From Nitrospina sp. LS_NOB (GTDB lineage Bacteria > Nitrospinota > Nitrospinia > Nitrospinales > VA-1), in assembly GCA_001542995.1 (NCBI GenBank), contig LFLA01000024.1:68499-132498 (forward strand): a DNA stretch of 64,000 nucleotides. Reading direction: 5' to 3'. Within the stretch, counting starts at the first letter, position 1, and each line of letters starts with the position of its first letter. The notes below the pieces were generated by a model, which was not told the DNA's origin, did no database searches, and saw only the letters and a list, made by a program, of their open reading frames with translations. Shown one piece after another: positions 52,600 to 61,406 of this stretch. The position numbers and the translations under genes are program-made.

Positions 52600-53334
52600 A
52601 TGAATAAAGACCAGATCGCTATTTATCTCAACGAGCACCCCGAGTTTTTCAATGAATACCCGGAACTGTTGAAAAAAGTAAAAGAGATTAAAGACGAAGA
52701 CCTTCCTATCGAGCCGATGACGACATTGAGTCTGGCGGACCGGATCATCAAGCGGGTTTACGACGATAAAGAGCATCTTGAAAGCAAATTGGAATGGTTG
52801 TTCGAAATTTCCCGCGCTAACGAAAAAATTCAGGATCACCTGTTCGAAATCGAAAGACTGGTGTTGACCAGCACCAATCTCGACCAAATGGTCCATCAAT
52901 TACAAAAAGAAATTCCCAACCGGTTTGGCATTCCCAATGTCAAGGTTTGTCTGGTGAAAGGCTCCGACCCTTGTATGGAAAACCGGTTGCGGCAACGCTA
53001 TAACGGCACCCTCGATGAAACGGTGAAATTCATTTGCCGGGAAACGGCTGATAGCTGGTTTCCAAACGGGCTCAAGCCCATCCTTCGCAGTGAGATTAAA
53101 GAATCGGAAATGTTCGCTAATGATGACAGCATTAAATCAGAAGCGTTGATTCCCATCATGGCGCAGGATGTCATGGTCGGGGCGATTGCCTTTGGCAGTC
53201 CCAACCCTTTTCATTTTCATGACGGACTCGGCACCGAGTTTCTCGAACGCATGGCCGACAAAGTTTCCATCTCCATCAACAATATCCTCCTCATCGACCA
53301 ACTCAAAGACCAGCTGGTAGTAAACCCAGCGTGA
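52600..53334 (+). CDS. DUF484 family (GAF-like) protein
   Basis: IAIYLNEHPEFF N-terminus; SEALIP..GAIAFGS..FHDGLGTEFL C-terminus. Confidence 0.85.
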   Translation: MNKDQIAIYLNEHPEFFNEYPELLKKVKEIKDEDLPIEPMTTLSLADRIIKRVYDDKEHLESKLEWLFEISRANEKIQDHLFEIERLVLTSTNLDQMVHQLQKEIPNRFGIPNVKVCLVKGSDPCMENRLRQRYNGTLDETVKFICRETADSWFPNGLKPILRSEIKESEMFANDDSIKSEALIPIMAQDVMVGAIAFGSPNPFHFHDGLGTEFLERMADKVSISINNILLIDQLKDQLVVNPA

Positions 53335-53480
53335 CGCTGGACTCAGTAAAAAAAAGACTGTTATAAATAGTGAATGGGGGAGGGGGGAATAGCGGATAAG
53401 TGAGTTGGAGAAGAAGGCGAAGGTGAGGTAATTTGACGTAGGAGTAAGCCAAAGCATTTCAATGCGAAAGCCGTTAAGTA

Positions 53481-53580
53481 TTGACAAATTAGAGGTTTAT
53501 TGTAGTATCTAGTCAGTTGATGAGGATATTTGGGCATTCTGCCCCTCAGTATTGATTCTATTCTGGAATTGTTCTACAAT
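53481..53580 (+). promoter_or_regulatory. Shared promoter/leader element, copy 2
   Basis: TTGACA (53481), TAGTAT (53503), and the 49-bp block at 53532-53580 matching 35728-35776. Confidence 0.65.
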
Positions 53581-53758
53581 ACTGGTTAACCATTAAATTA
53601 TACGATTTACTTGGGCGTTCGGTGCGGTGTCTTTAAAATTAATCCGCTGGTGGCGGTTATGTGATTTTGTCACTATATTTGGGTTATATAAAGGTTTACG
53701 CCCCCTGACCCGATATGTAAATCAGGAATAGAACTTACTTTATTTATCGGAGAATATA

Positions 53759-54205
53759 ATGAGTACGGCAACTTACGATTCTTTCTTAGATGACGTATCT
53801 GCTGAAAAGAGTAAAGTAGCGTCTTTATTGGGGACTTTGAGCGATATGCCAGAAGTTTTTGCATCAACGCTTAAAGTTTCAGTGAAAAGCTACGCCCTCT
53901 TGCGCGTGGTAGACAGTTTTGTTTCTGAGGTTGAAAGAGAAGATGGGAAGTATAAGCAAGAACTGCAAGATGTTGAATTTCTTAAAAAGTTGGGGAGCCA
54001 TCTTGAATGGTTGGTTTCTAGCCTAAAAGAAATGATCAGCCTCCAAATGGAACATAAGGCCTTCAGGTATTTCATCGGATGGGAATCAGAGTTGATTGAT
54101 AGGATGGAAGACTTAATAGAAGATTTAGACATATCTACCGACCCCGAAATTAGAAGCCTTATGCACGAGGCAGGGCAAAAACTATCCCCTGCCGATGTCA
54201 TTTGA
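53759..54205 (+). CDS. Acidic helical protein (candidate antitoxin)
   Basis: 148 aa, overlaps the downstream RelE-like gene; C-terminus STDPEIRSLMHEAG resembles Phd-type helices. Confidence 0.6.
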   Translation: MSTATYDSFLDDVSAEKSKVASLLGTLSDMPEVFASTLKVSVKSYALLRVVDSFVSEVEREDGKYKQELQDVEFLKKLGSHLEWLVSSLKEMISLQMEHKAFRYFIGWESELIDRMEDLIEDLDISTDPEIRSLMHEAGQKLSPADVI

Positions 54206-54542
54206 GTTTGCCTCCCCTACAAGTCACTACTCAAGCCACTTAGAATCCCTATTTGAGACATACCCAAACTCCAAGGCGTCTATTGAAGAAGAGATCAATA
54301 CAAAAACCCCAGACTTCACCCTTACAAATAAAATCCGATTTCTAAACACCGGGATAAGGAAGCTGAAAATCCCTCTCACAGAATATGAGATTAGTACTCG
54401 CCGTGGACTAAGGTTGATTTATATAATCGCAAAAAATAAAATATGGCTTATTACTATTTATTCTAAGAGTGAGTTTAATAGAGGGAGAGAAATAAATAGG
54501 CTAATTAAGGCCGGGTGGGATGCAATAGATTTCGACCATTAG
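54195..54542 (+). CDS. RelE/HigB-like toxin
   Basis: IRKLKI...STRRGLRLIY...IWLITIYSKSE RelE-superfamily signature. Confidence 0.75.
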   Translation: MSFEFASPTSHYSSHLESLFETYPNSKASIEEEINTKTPDFTLTNKIRFLNTGIRKLKIPLTEYEISTRRGLRLIYIIAKNKIWLITIYSKSEFNRGREINRLIKAGWDAIDFDH

Positions 54543-54887
54543 TCCCACCCCTGTAACTCCCAAGAGACGAAATGAGAACTATAGCTTTTATTAACCAGAG
54601 GGGCGGAGTTGGGAAAGGATTAGTTGATCAAACCAGCATGACGTTTGTTTGGAGTGGCGGTAAATAGCTAAGGGTTTTTCAATGTAAATGGGGCGAGGCC
54701 GGTTTGTATTGGCCCTGCCCCGTATTTTTTGCCATTGACTAAATTAATAATCTCCCCGATACTACGAAATCACCGTTTTTTTAGAAAAAAGTTTTATTGA
54801 CTAACAAGCGATATTTCAAAGCTTATTGATTGTTAAGTTGCCAACGGAGAGCTTTCGTTGGCAACTTACGTTAAGGTTCCTATATAA

Positions 54888-55406
54888 ATGTTACGAGAAG
54901 CTAAAATAGAGGATGCGCAGGCCATCCAGAATCTGATCTGTTTCTATTCGGAAGATGGCAAAATGCTGTTTCGCGCGTTGGCGGAAATAGAAAAAAGCAT
55001 TGCCGATTTTCTGGTTTACGAGAAACATAATGAGATCATCGGCATCTGTAGCCTGAAATTTGGTTGGGACCGTCTCGTAGAGATCCGCTCGCTCGGTGTC
55101 GACCCGCGCTATCACCGGCAGGGCATCGCCACCGAGATGATTCAAGGCAGTGTGGAATGCGCTTTGTTGCGGGACGATTGCGACACCGCCTTTGTTCTGA
55201 CATACGCGGTGCCATTGTTCACCCGGTTCGGATTTGAAGTGGTCGATAAAATGCTTCTGCCGCAAAAGGTGTGGAACGATTGCCAGGCTTGCCTGCATAA
55301 AGACAATTGCGATGAAACGGCCATGAGCCTTTCATTATTACCGTTGAAAAAATTGCCATTGGCAAAGCCGGCAGCCTTGAAAGATTCTGCAGAAGTCCTA
55401 TATTGA
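54888..55406 (+). CDS. GNAT N-acetyltransferase (short ArgA-like)
   Basis: LVEIRSLGVD....QGIA, FVLTY..FF..GF and LPQKVWNDC..C..CDE motifs. Confidence 0.85.
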   Translation: MLREAKIEDAQAIQNLICFYSEDGKMLFRALAEIEKSIADFLVYEKHNEIIGICSLKFGWDRLVEIRSLGVDPRYHRQGIATEMIQGSVECALLRDDCDTAFVLTYAVPLFTRFGFEVVDKMLLPQKVWNDCQACLHKDNCDETAMSLSLLPLKKLPLAKPAALKDSAEVLY

Positions 55407-55437
55407 CCGGGATAAGGGTTTAAGGAGGATTTAAGCC

Positions 55438-56153
55438 ATGTTAGGTCCTATATTCAACGCGTTAACAGGATTAAGAAACGCGTCTCAAAGACTGCAAAAC
55501 AGCGCCAACAACGTTGCCAACATCAACACCGCCGGATTCAAGAAAAGCGATGTCAACAGTGTCGAATTAAAATCGGGCGGCACCCGGGTCAGCGATATTT
55601 CCAGATCCAATACTCAGGGGTCGTTGATTCCGACTGGCAATCCTCTCGATCTTGCCATTGATGGCAATGGTTTTTTTCAGGTGACGAATCCAAACGGCGG
55701 CACCAGCTTCACCCGCTCGGGTAGCTTCAAACAAGACGGTGCGGGAAATATTGTTGATGCCAGTGGCAACGCCCTGGTCCCGGCGATCAATATTCCGGGA
55801 AACAATACTGGAATCAGTGTCGATGCCAATGGGCAGTTTTCTGCGCAGGTAGGCGGACAGCCTGAGGTCTCCGGTCAGATCACCCTCGCAAACTTTCAGA
55901 ATCCATCAGGGTTAACTGCCGCAGGTGGGAACCTGTTCAACGAATCGGCTGCCTCCGGTGCGCCGGTGGCTGGCAACCCGGGAGCAGGCGGATTGGGCAC
56001 ACAGTGCGTTCCGGCTTTCTCGAAGGTTCCAACGTCGACATCACCGAGGAGATCGTCGATCAGATCGTAGCGAAGGCGGCGTTTAAAGCCAACGTCAATG
56101 TCATTAAAGCGAACGACGAATTGCCGGGCACCATCCTGGACATTAAGGGGTAA
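55438..56153 (+). pseudogene. Flagellar basal-body rod (FlgG/FlgE-like) gene with frameshift near the 3' end
   Basis: ANNVANINTAGFKK, TGNPLDLAIDGNGFF and FTRSGSF motifs. The C-terminal GFLEGSNVDITEEIVDQI..FKAN domain is in another frame after ACACA at 55999-56003 (stop 56151-56153). Confidence 0.8.
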
Positions 56154-56193
56154 CTACCTGATAATGTGAGAAGCAAATTGCAAAGCACTCTTG

Positions 56194-56797
56194 AAGGGAG
56201 AGGAGGCAAAAAGTTCCTTCTCCCCTGGAGAGAGACCTTTGCATAAGTCGAAAAACCTGAAAAGCGAGATTCTTTACTACGTTCAGAATGACAAGAAACG
56301 CCAGTTTGTCATCCTCGAGGAGCCGAAGGCGACGAAGGATCTCGCCTTGCACTAACCTGGGGATTCTTCACTACGTTCAGCATGACAATAAAGAGCTATT
56401 TTGTCATTCTGAAGAGCGTACGCGATGAAGACGTGATACTGTTCCAAAGCCCTCGTGCCCCGCAGGGGTAATCTCGGGTTATGCAAAGGTCTCTTCAAAG
56501 GGAGAGGAGGCAAAAAGTTCCTTCTCCCCTGGAGAGAGACCTTTGCATAAGTCGAAAAACCGGAAAAGCGAGATTCTTCACTACGTTCAGAATGACAAGA
56601 AACACCAGTTTGTCATCCTCGAGGAGCCGAAGGCGACGAAGGATCTCGCCTTGCACTAACCTGGGGATTCTTCACTACGTTCAGCATGACAATAAAGAGC
56701 TATTTTGTCATTCTGAAGAGCGTATGCGATGAAGACGTGATATTGTTCCAAAGCCCTCGTGCCCCGCAGGGGTAATCTCGGGTTATGCAAAGGTCTC
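56194..56797. repeat. Tandem duplication (period 304 bp), each unit containing a MITE-like element with 15-bp TIRs
   Basis: GAGACCTTTGCATAA...TTATGCAAAGGTCTC at 56232-56493 and 56536-56797. Confidence 0.9.
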
Positions 56798-56869
56798 CTG
56801 GAGGGAGAAGGCCAGGATGAGGGGAGGGGCTAATATGGGTAAAATTCTTTCTTTTATTTCATTAATTTC

Positions 56870-57133
56870 GTGAATCTTGAAAACCAAAACTATCTTGTCA
56901 CTGTTGAACAGTTTTTTCTTGCCCTGAAAGATTCGGGCCTGGCGCTTTCCGCCACCGATTACGATTTGATTCAGCAATGGGAGAGCCGGGGCATTCCGGT
57001 CAATGTTGTTTGTCGCGGCATTGAGAACGGAGTCGTCGAATTTGACAGGCAGAACACCCGGCAATCTTCGAGAGTGGGTTTGAGTTATCTCAAGGTATTT
57101 GTCGAAGCGGAAATGGAACGGTCTCATTCATGA
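56870..57133 (+). CDS. DnaD/DnaB_2-like small protein
   Basis: LSATDYDLIQQWESRGIPVNVVCRGI pattern; coupled to the ATPase gene. Confidence 0.55.
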   Translation: MNLENQNYLVTVEQFFLALKDSGLALSATDYDLIQQWESRGIPVNVVCRGIENGVVEFDRQNTRQSSRVGLSYLKVFVEAEMERSHS

Positions 57134-57957
57134 AAAGTAAGACGGCCAACTCGGTGAACTGTAACACCTGCCGCGATCATCAGTATGTGGTGTCCAATCA
57201 AAAAGGCAAAGTCCGCGCCGAGGCCTGTAAATGTTTCGCCTGTGAAAGTTGCCAGGGGACAGGAAGAATTCTGGAGGAAGATGCGAATGGCATTTCCCGA
57301 ATCCGCGAATGCCAATGCGCCGATTTTAATAAAAGATTAAAGCTATTCAATCAAGCTGGGATTCCCGGCAAGTTTGTGCACGAGGGTCTGGACAATTATG
57401 AGGTCACACCGCCCCGGCACAGGTCGCTGAAAGACGCTTTGACCCGGTCCAGAACCTTCATCAAAGAGTTTGTCCAGATGAAGGGTCAATACAGTCAGGG
57501 CCTGATATTCATGGGCGAACCCGGACTGGGCAAAACCCATCTCGCGGTATCCATCATCAAGGAGTTGATTTTAAAACATGGCGTCGAATGTAAGTTCGTC
57601 GACTTTTTTGAACTGTTGCGCGACATCCGCCACGGTTATGGAGAAGATATCTCGGAAGGGGAATTCATCAATCCGTATGTCGGCGTCAAGGTATTGGTGG
57701 TCGATGAGTTGGCCAAGGGCAGGAACACGGATTGGGAAATAACCATTCTCGATCACTTCATCTCCACCCGCTACAACGATGACGACAAGGTGACACTGGT
57801 CACCACCAACTTCAATGACAAGCCGGCAATCGACGACAATAAAAAATCCGCACCTTCCTACACTCTGGAGGAGAAAATCGGCCCGCGCATTTTTTCCCGA
57901 TTGATGGAAATGTGCAAGAAGGTCCACCTGCAGGGCAAAGACTTCCGCCAGGTTTGA
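57130..57957 (+). CDS. DnaC/DnaI/IstB-like AAA+ ATPase with N-terminal Cys clusters (helicase-loader-like)
   Basis: GEPGLGKTHL, VLVVDEL, TLVTTN and IGPRIFSRLMEMC motifs. Confidence 0.85.
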   Translation: MKSKTANSVNCNTCRDHQYVVSNQKGKVRAEACKCFACESCQGTGRILEEDANGISRIRECQCADFNKRLKLFNQAGIPGKFVHEGLDNYEVTPPRHRSLKDALTRSRTFIKEFVQMKGQYSQGLIFMGEPGLGKTHLAVSIIKELILKHGVECKFVDFFELLRDIRHGYGEDISEGEFINPYVGVKVLVVDELAKGRNTDWEITILDHFISTRYNDDDKVTLVTTNFNDKPAIDDNKKSAPSYTLEEKIGPRIFSRLMEMCKKVHLQGKDFRQV

Positions 57958-58161
57958 GTAAAGCCCTTCCAAGTTAATAGCTTACCAACCCCCCGTTGCC
58001 GATTTTCCCTTTTCGACTTATATTTAATAAGAAATCGGGGAGGTGTCCTATGCCTGGAAAACCAGCTACCGATTCATCCAGGAAATTGTCCGCCGAGTCT
58101 ATGTCCCCTTTCGGATTCAGCGTCACGCCCCTTTTCAGGGGACGAAGTTGGGCAATAATTC

Positions 58162-58725
58162 ATGAGGCTACCAATGTCATCTGCTAGTCAAAAAAAGAAT
58201 CTACCCCTCCGGGGCACGAAAGCTAAGGAAGAATATCACGTGCACGCTGGCCCCAAGCCGAGTGGACCGAATCGTGCCGAGCTTGCAAAAGTTCATATCG
58301 CCAAACGTGATTTGAAACTGACTGATCAGTTGTATCGCGGGTTTTTGAATGTGTTGTTTGGTGAAACCTCTGCCAAAGATCTCACTCATGAACAGATCGA
58401 CGAACTACTCGATCATTTTAAAAGCCTGGGTTGGGAAAGCGGCTACCCTTCAGCACCAGCAACGGGGGCTGTTGTTAAAACTAAAGACCCTGACCGATTA
58501 CAAACCCCTCACCCCATTACTACCTCCGGGCGCAAGCCTGCCACCATGGCACAACTCAGTTTGATCATGTATTTATGGCAGCACGGACCCGGCATTCGCA
58601 ATGAATCGCTACAGGCGCTGGACCATTTTTTGAACCACCATTTTCATGTTTCTCAACTAAGCGAAGTGAAAGCGGGTCAGGTGCCAGGCATTTTAGGCGC
58701 GATCAAAAATATGGGAAAAGTGTAG
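58162..58725 (+). CDS. Mu gp16/GemA (DUF1018)-like regulatory protein
   Basis: LAKVHIAKRDLKL..YR.FL...G.TSAKDL...L.HFKSLGW; AQ..LI..LW..L..F. The 5' end overlaps a family A REP. Confidence 0.8.
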   Translation: MRLPMSSASQKKNLPLRGTKAKEEYHVHAGPKPSGPNRAELAKVHIAKRDLKLTDQLYRGFLNVLFGETSAKDLTHEQIDELLDHFKSLGWESGYPSAPATGAVVKTKDPDRLQTPHPITTSGRKPATMAQLSLIMYLWQHGPGIRNESLQALDHFLNHHFHVSQLSEVKAGQVPGILGAIKNMGKV

Positions 58726-58739
58726 TTTTACTATTTTTG

Positions 58740-59297
58740 CTATTTGAGTACGTGCTGGAAGATGGTTCCGAAAAAGTAGCAATAAATAAAAATGGGAAGA
58801 GGGAGCCCGATTATCGTTCCCAGGATGTAATGACTGAATCGAACGTTTGCCATGGCCAAGGCATAATTCAGTGCCGGTACGGTTTGGAACATCAACCTCA
58901 ACAGCGCTATGGAGTAAATCGGGTATTGGTCCAGTTTTGAAAATATTCTATCGGCATATTTGTTGTTGATGCTGCGAAGAGCATCCCCGCCTATCTTATG
59001 AATGAGGAAAAAACTAATTGTGGAAGAGGTGAGAGCCGCAATATAAGTGGTCAAGCCTCCCCATTCCTTACCAAGAGCAAAAACCGCTCCCAGCAAAAAA
59101 ATCCAACCAGGAATATAGAGCAGGTTCCCGATGCTGAAGCTTATGCAGAATATCAATATGCCCCAAAGCTGGAACTGCAGAAATAATTCTTTGATGTGTT
59201 GAGGAGAAAGGCTTGCCCGAAGGCCTGTAAGTTCTGCTACTAAAAAAACTATCACCAATAGCGCGCAAATCATTAATAGCTTTATTTTTGGGTTCAT
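58740..59297 (-). CDS. TVP38/TMEM64 (VTT/DedA-like) membrane protein
   Basis: Multi-TM protein; YIPG...GAVFALG..G, LLRL..P..NYA..Y.LGT..G.P motifs. Confidence 0.85.
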   Translation of the reverse strand: MNPKIKLLMICALLVIVFLVAELTGLRASLSPQHIKELFLQFQLWGILIFCISFSIGNLLYIPGWIFLLGAVFALGKEWGGLTTYIAALTSSTISFFLIHKIGGDALRSINNKYADRIFSKLDQYPIYSIALLRLMFQTVPALNYALAMANVRFSHYILGTIIGLPLPIFIYCYFFGTIFQHVLK

Positions 59298-59342
59298 TGG
59301 ACTAAGGACTAAAAAGAGATCAGCATGAGTACATCAAAAATT

Positions 59343-59912
59343 TTACCCTGATGAGGCCGGATATTTTTTATTGAGTAGATAAACGATAGCCGCTTCGGTT
59401 TCCTGGTAACGCCCTTCGCCGAAATGCATGTATCGGACTATCCCATCTTTGTCTACCAGATACATAGCCGGCCAAAACCTGTTTTTGTATGCTCTCCACA
59501 GTTTAAACTTATTGTCGATAGCAACTGGAAAAGTCAAGCCAAACCGTTTCACCGCTCCGATTACGTTATTCAGTTTTCGCTCATAATTAAATTCCGGAGC
59601 ATGAATGCCCAAGACCACCAAGCCTTGATCCTTATAAGCTTGATGCCATTTTTGTACATGCGGTAAGGTGTGGATGCAATTAATGCAACCAAACGTCCAA
59701 AAATCGATGAGAACGACCTTTCCTTTTAATTCGTCCATAGAACGAATTTCAGAAGAGTTGATCCAATTGGTCAGGCCGGTGAATTCCGGGGCTGGGTAAA
59801 ATTTCGGCAACAGTTTGCCTTGGTCAGGCCGGTCATGTGCCCAGGCCGGGTAGAAATAAAACACTCCGGTCAGTAAAATAACAATGAGAGAGACGCGTTT
59901 GATCGATTTCAT
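59343..59912 (-). CDS. Thioredoxin-like redoxin (DipZ C-terminal type)
   Basis: APEFTGL..WIN, VLIDFWTFGCINC, GIHAPEF and NRFWPAMYLVDKDG motifs. Confidence 0.9.
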   Translation of the reverse strand: MKSIKRVSLIVILLTGVFYFYPAWAHDRPDQGKLLPKFYPAPEFTGLTNWINSSEIRSMDELKGKVVLIDFWTFGCINCIHTLPHVQKWHQAYKDQGLVVLGIHAPEFNYERKLNNVIGAVKRFGLTFPVAIDNKFKLWRAYKNRFWPAMYLVDKDGIVRYMHFGEGRYQETEAAIVYLLNKKYPASSG

Positions 59913-60038
59913 CGATAAATGGTTTCTAAAATAAGCAACGATTATCCTCCGAGAAAGAGAGGTTTCAAGATGGGTCGGGTTTTCCGGCCTGAGCTTACAT
60001 ACGCATAAACCATTCCTGTATCTTTATAATGTAAGGTA

Positions 60039-61406
60039 ATGTCTTTATTCAAGACTTACTTGAAAACAACCCCTGAACGACCTATTCATATGAAAAATAT
60101 AAAACGTACTCAGATTTTCGATGCTGTGCAGACGGAGGAGATAAGCGAAAACGAAAAAAAGGAACGCGAAAAAGCACTGAGAGCCACCCGCAAGCGATTG
60201 GGAAAGTTTAACCAACCCAATCAGTTTTTGGGTTCTCGCAACTCGATCGGGTGTGTATCGGTTGAGATCAGCCAACGCTGCAACTTGAGTTGCTCTTTGT
60301 GTTATCTGTCCGAAAACTCCAACGATGTTACCGACCTCCCTTTATCCGAAGTTTTTGAGCGGTTGGAAGGTGTGCGCCGGAATTTTGGCATAGGGACCAA
60401 CGTCCAAATCAGTGGCGGTGATCCGACTATGCGAGATCGTACCGAGTTAGTTCAGATTGTGCGGTACGCGCGTAACCTGGGGTTGCATCCATCGCTACTC
60501 ACAAATGGAATACTGTGCCCTCGCGATTTACTGGTCGAGCTGTGCGAAAATGGGTTGAGTGACGTGGCGTTCCATGTAGACCTGACCCAAAAACGAAAGG
60601 GGTTTACCACCGAAAAGGAACTAAACACCATCCGACTCGAATATATCGAACGTGCTCGGGGCTTACCCTTGATGGTCATGTTCAACACGACCATCTTCAC
60701 GGATAATTACCATGAACTTCCAGACCTGGTGCAGTTTTTTATCGAGCAGTCCGATGTGGTGGGTTTGACATCGTTTCAATTGCAAGCGGATACCGGGCGC
60801 GGCGAAGTGCGGGGCCGACCGGACTGCATAAGTTTGGAATCCGTTCGCAACCAGATCAGCCTGGGGGCAGGTTCTGAATTACCCTGGGAGGTTGTTCTGG
60901 TCGGGCATCCCCAATGCCAAAGTTATTTACCTGCTCTGGCGGTGAACGGAAAAGCATTCGGCCTCATAGACGATGCGAATTTATTTGCCGGATTTTTACG
61001 TGAGTTTGGTGATGTCATGCATGATCGGAGGCAAAGTGCTTCGGCTATCGCCTGGTCCTATTTTAAAGTCATGCTGCGCAAGCCCCTTTGGTTGTTGGAG
61101 ATGTTGAGATATGTCCTGGCCAGATTGTGGTTCCTTCGGCATCATTTTTGGGCGGCTAGAGGAAAAGCTCGACCGATTATTTTTTTCGTGAAAAATTTTA
61201 TGCACGCAGACCATTTAGATCAGGAACGAATCGATGCCTGTTCCTTTATGGTGATGACCCCCGACGGTCCGGTTTCGATGTGTGCACACAATGCTGAAAG
61301 GGATGAATATATTTTGCGTCCACTGGAAATCGAAACCGATCATGGTAAAGAAATTTTTTATCCGCTTTCTTCCGAAAAAACTTTGATAAAGGACTCCGCC
61401 GCTTGA
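60039..61406 (+). CDS. Radical SAM protein (distantly MJ0619/Tes-like)
   Basis: CNLSCSLC, QISGGDPT, LLTNG and SFQLQ..TGRG motifs; C-terminal FM...LD.ERIDACSFMVMTPDGPVSMCAHN. Confidence 0.85.
   Translation: MSLFKTYLKTTPERPIHMKNIKRTQIFDAVQTEEISENEKKEREKALRATRKRLGKFNQPNQFLGSRNSIGCVSVEISQRCNLSCSLCYLSENSNDVTDLPLSEVFERLEGVRRNFGIGTNVQISGGDPTMRDRTELVQIVRYARNLGLHPSLLTNGILCPRDLLVELCENGLSDVAFHVDLTQKRKGFTTEKELNTIRLEYIERARGLPLMVMFNTTIFTDNYHELPDLVQFFIEQSDVVGLTSFQLQADTGRGEVRGRPDCISLESVRNQISLGAGSELPWEVVLVGHPQCQSYLPALAVNGKAFGLIDDANLFAGFLREFGDVMHDRRQSASAIAWSYFKVMLRKPLWLLEMLRYVLARLWFLRHHFWAARGKARPIIFFVKNFMHADHLDQERIDACSFMVMTPDGPVSMCAHNAERDEYILRPLEIETDHGKEIFYPLSSEKTLIKDSAA

Noticed and set aside
56194-56797. 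CRISPR array
   Set aside because: Only two ~304-bp units with no unique spacers and no cas genes; the units are REP/MITE composites.
57130-57957. IS21 istB helper of an insertion sequence
   Set aside because: No istA/DDE transposase or IS21 terminal repeats nearby; the Zn-finger N-terminus and DnaD-like partner fit a helicase loader better.
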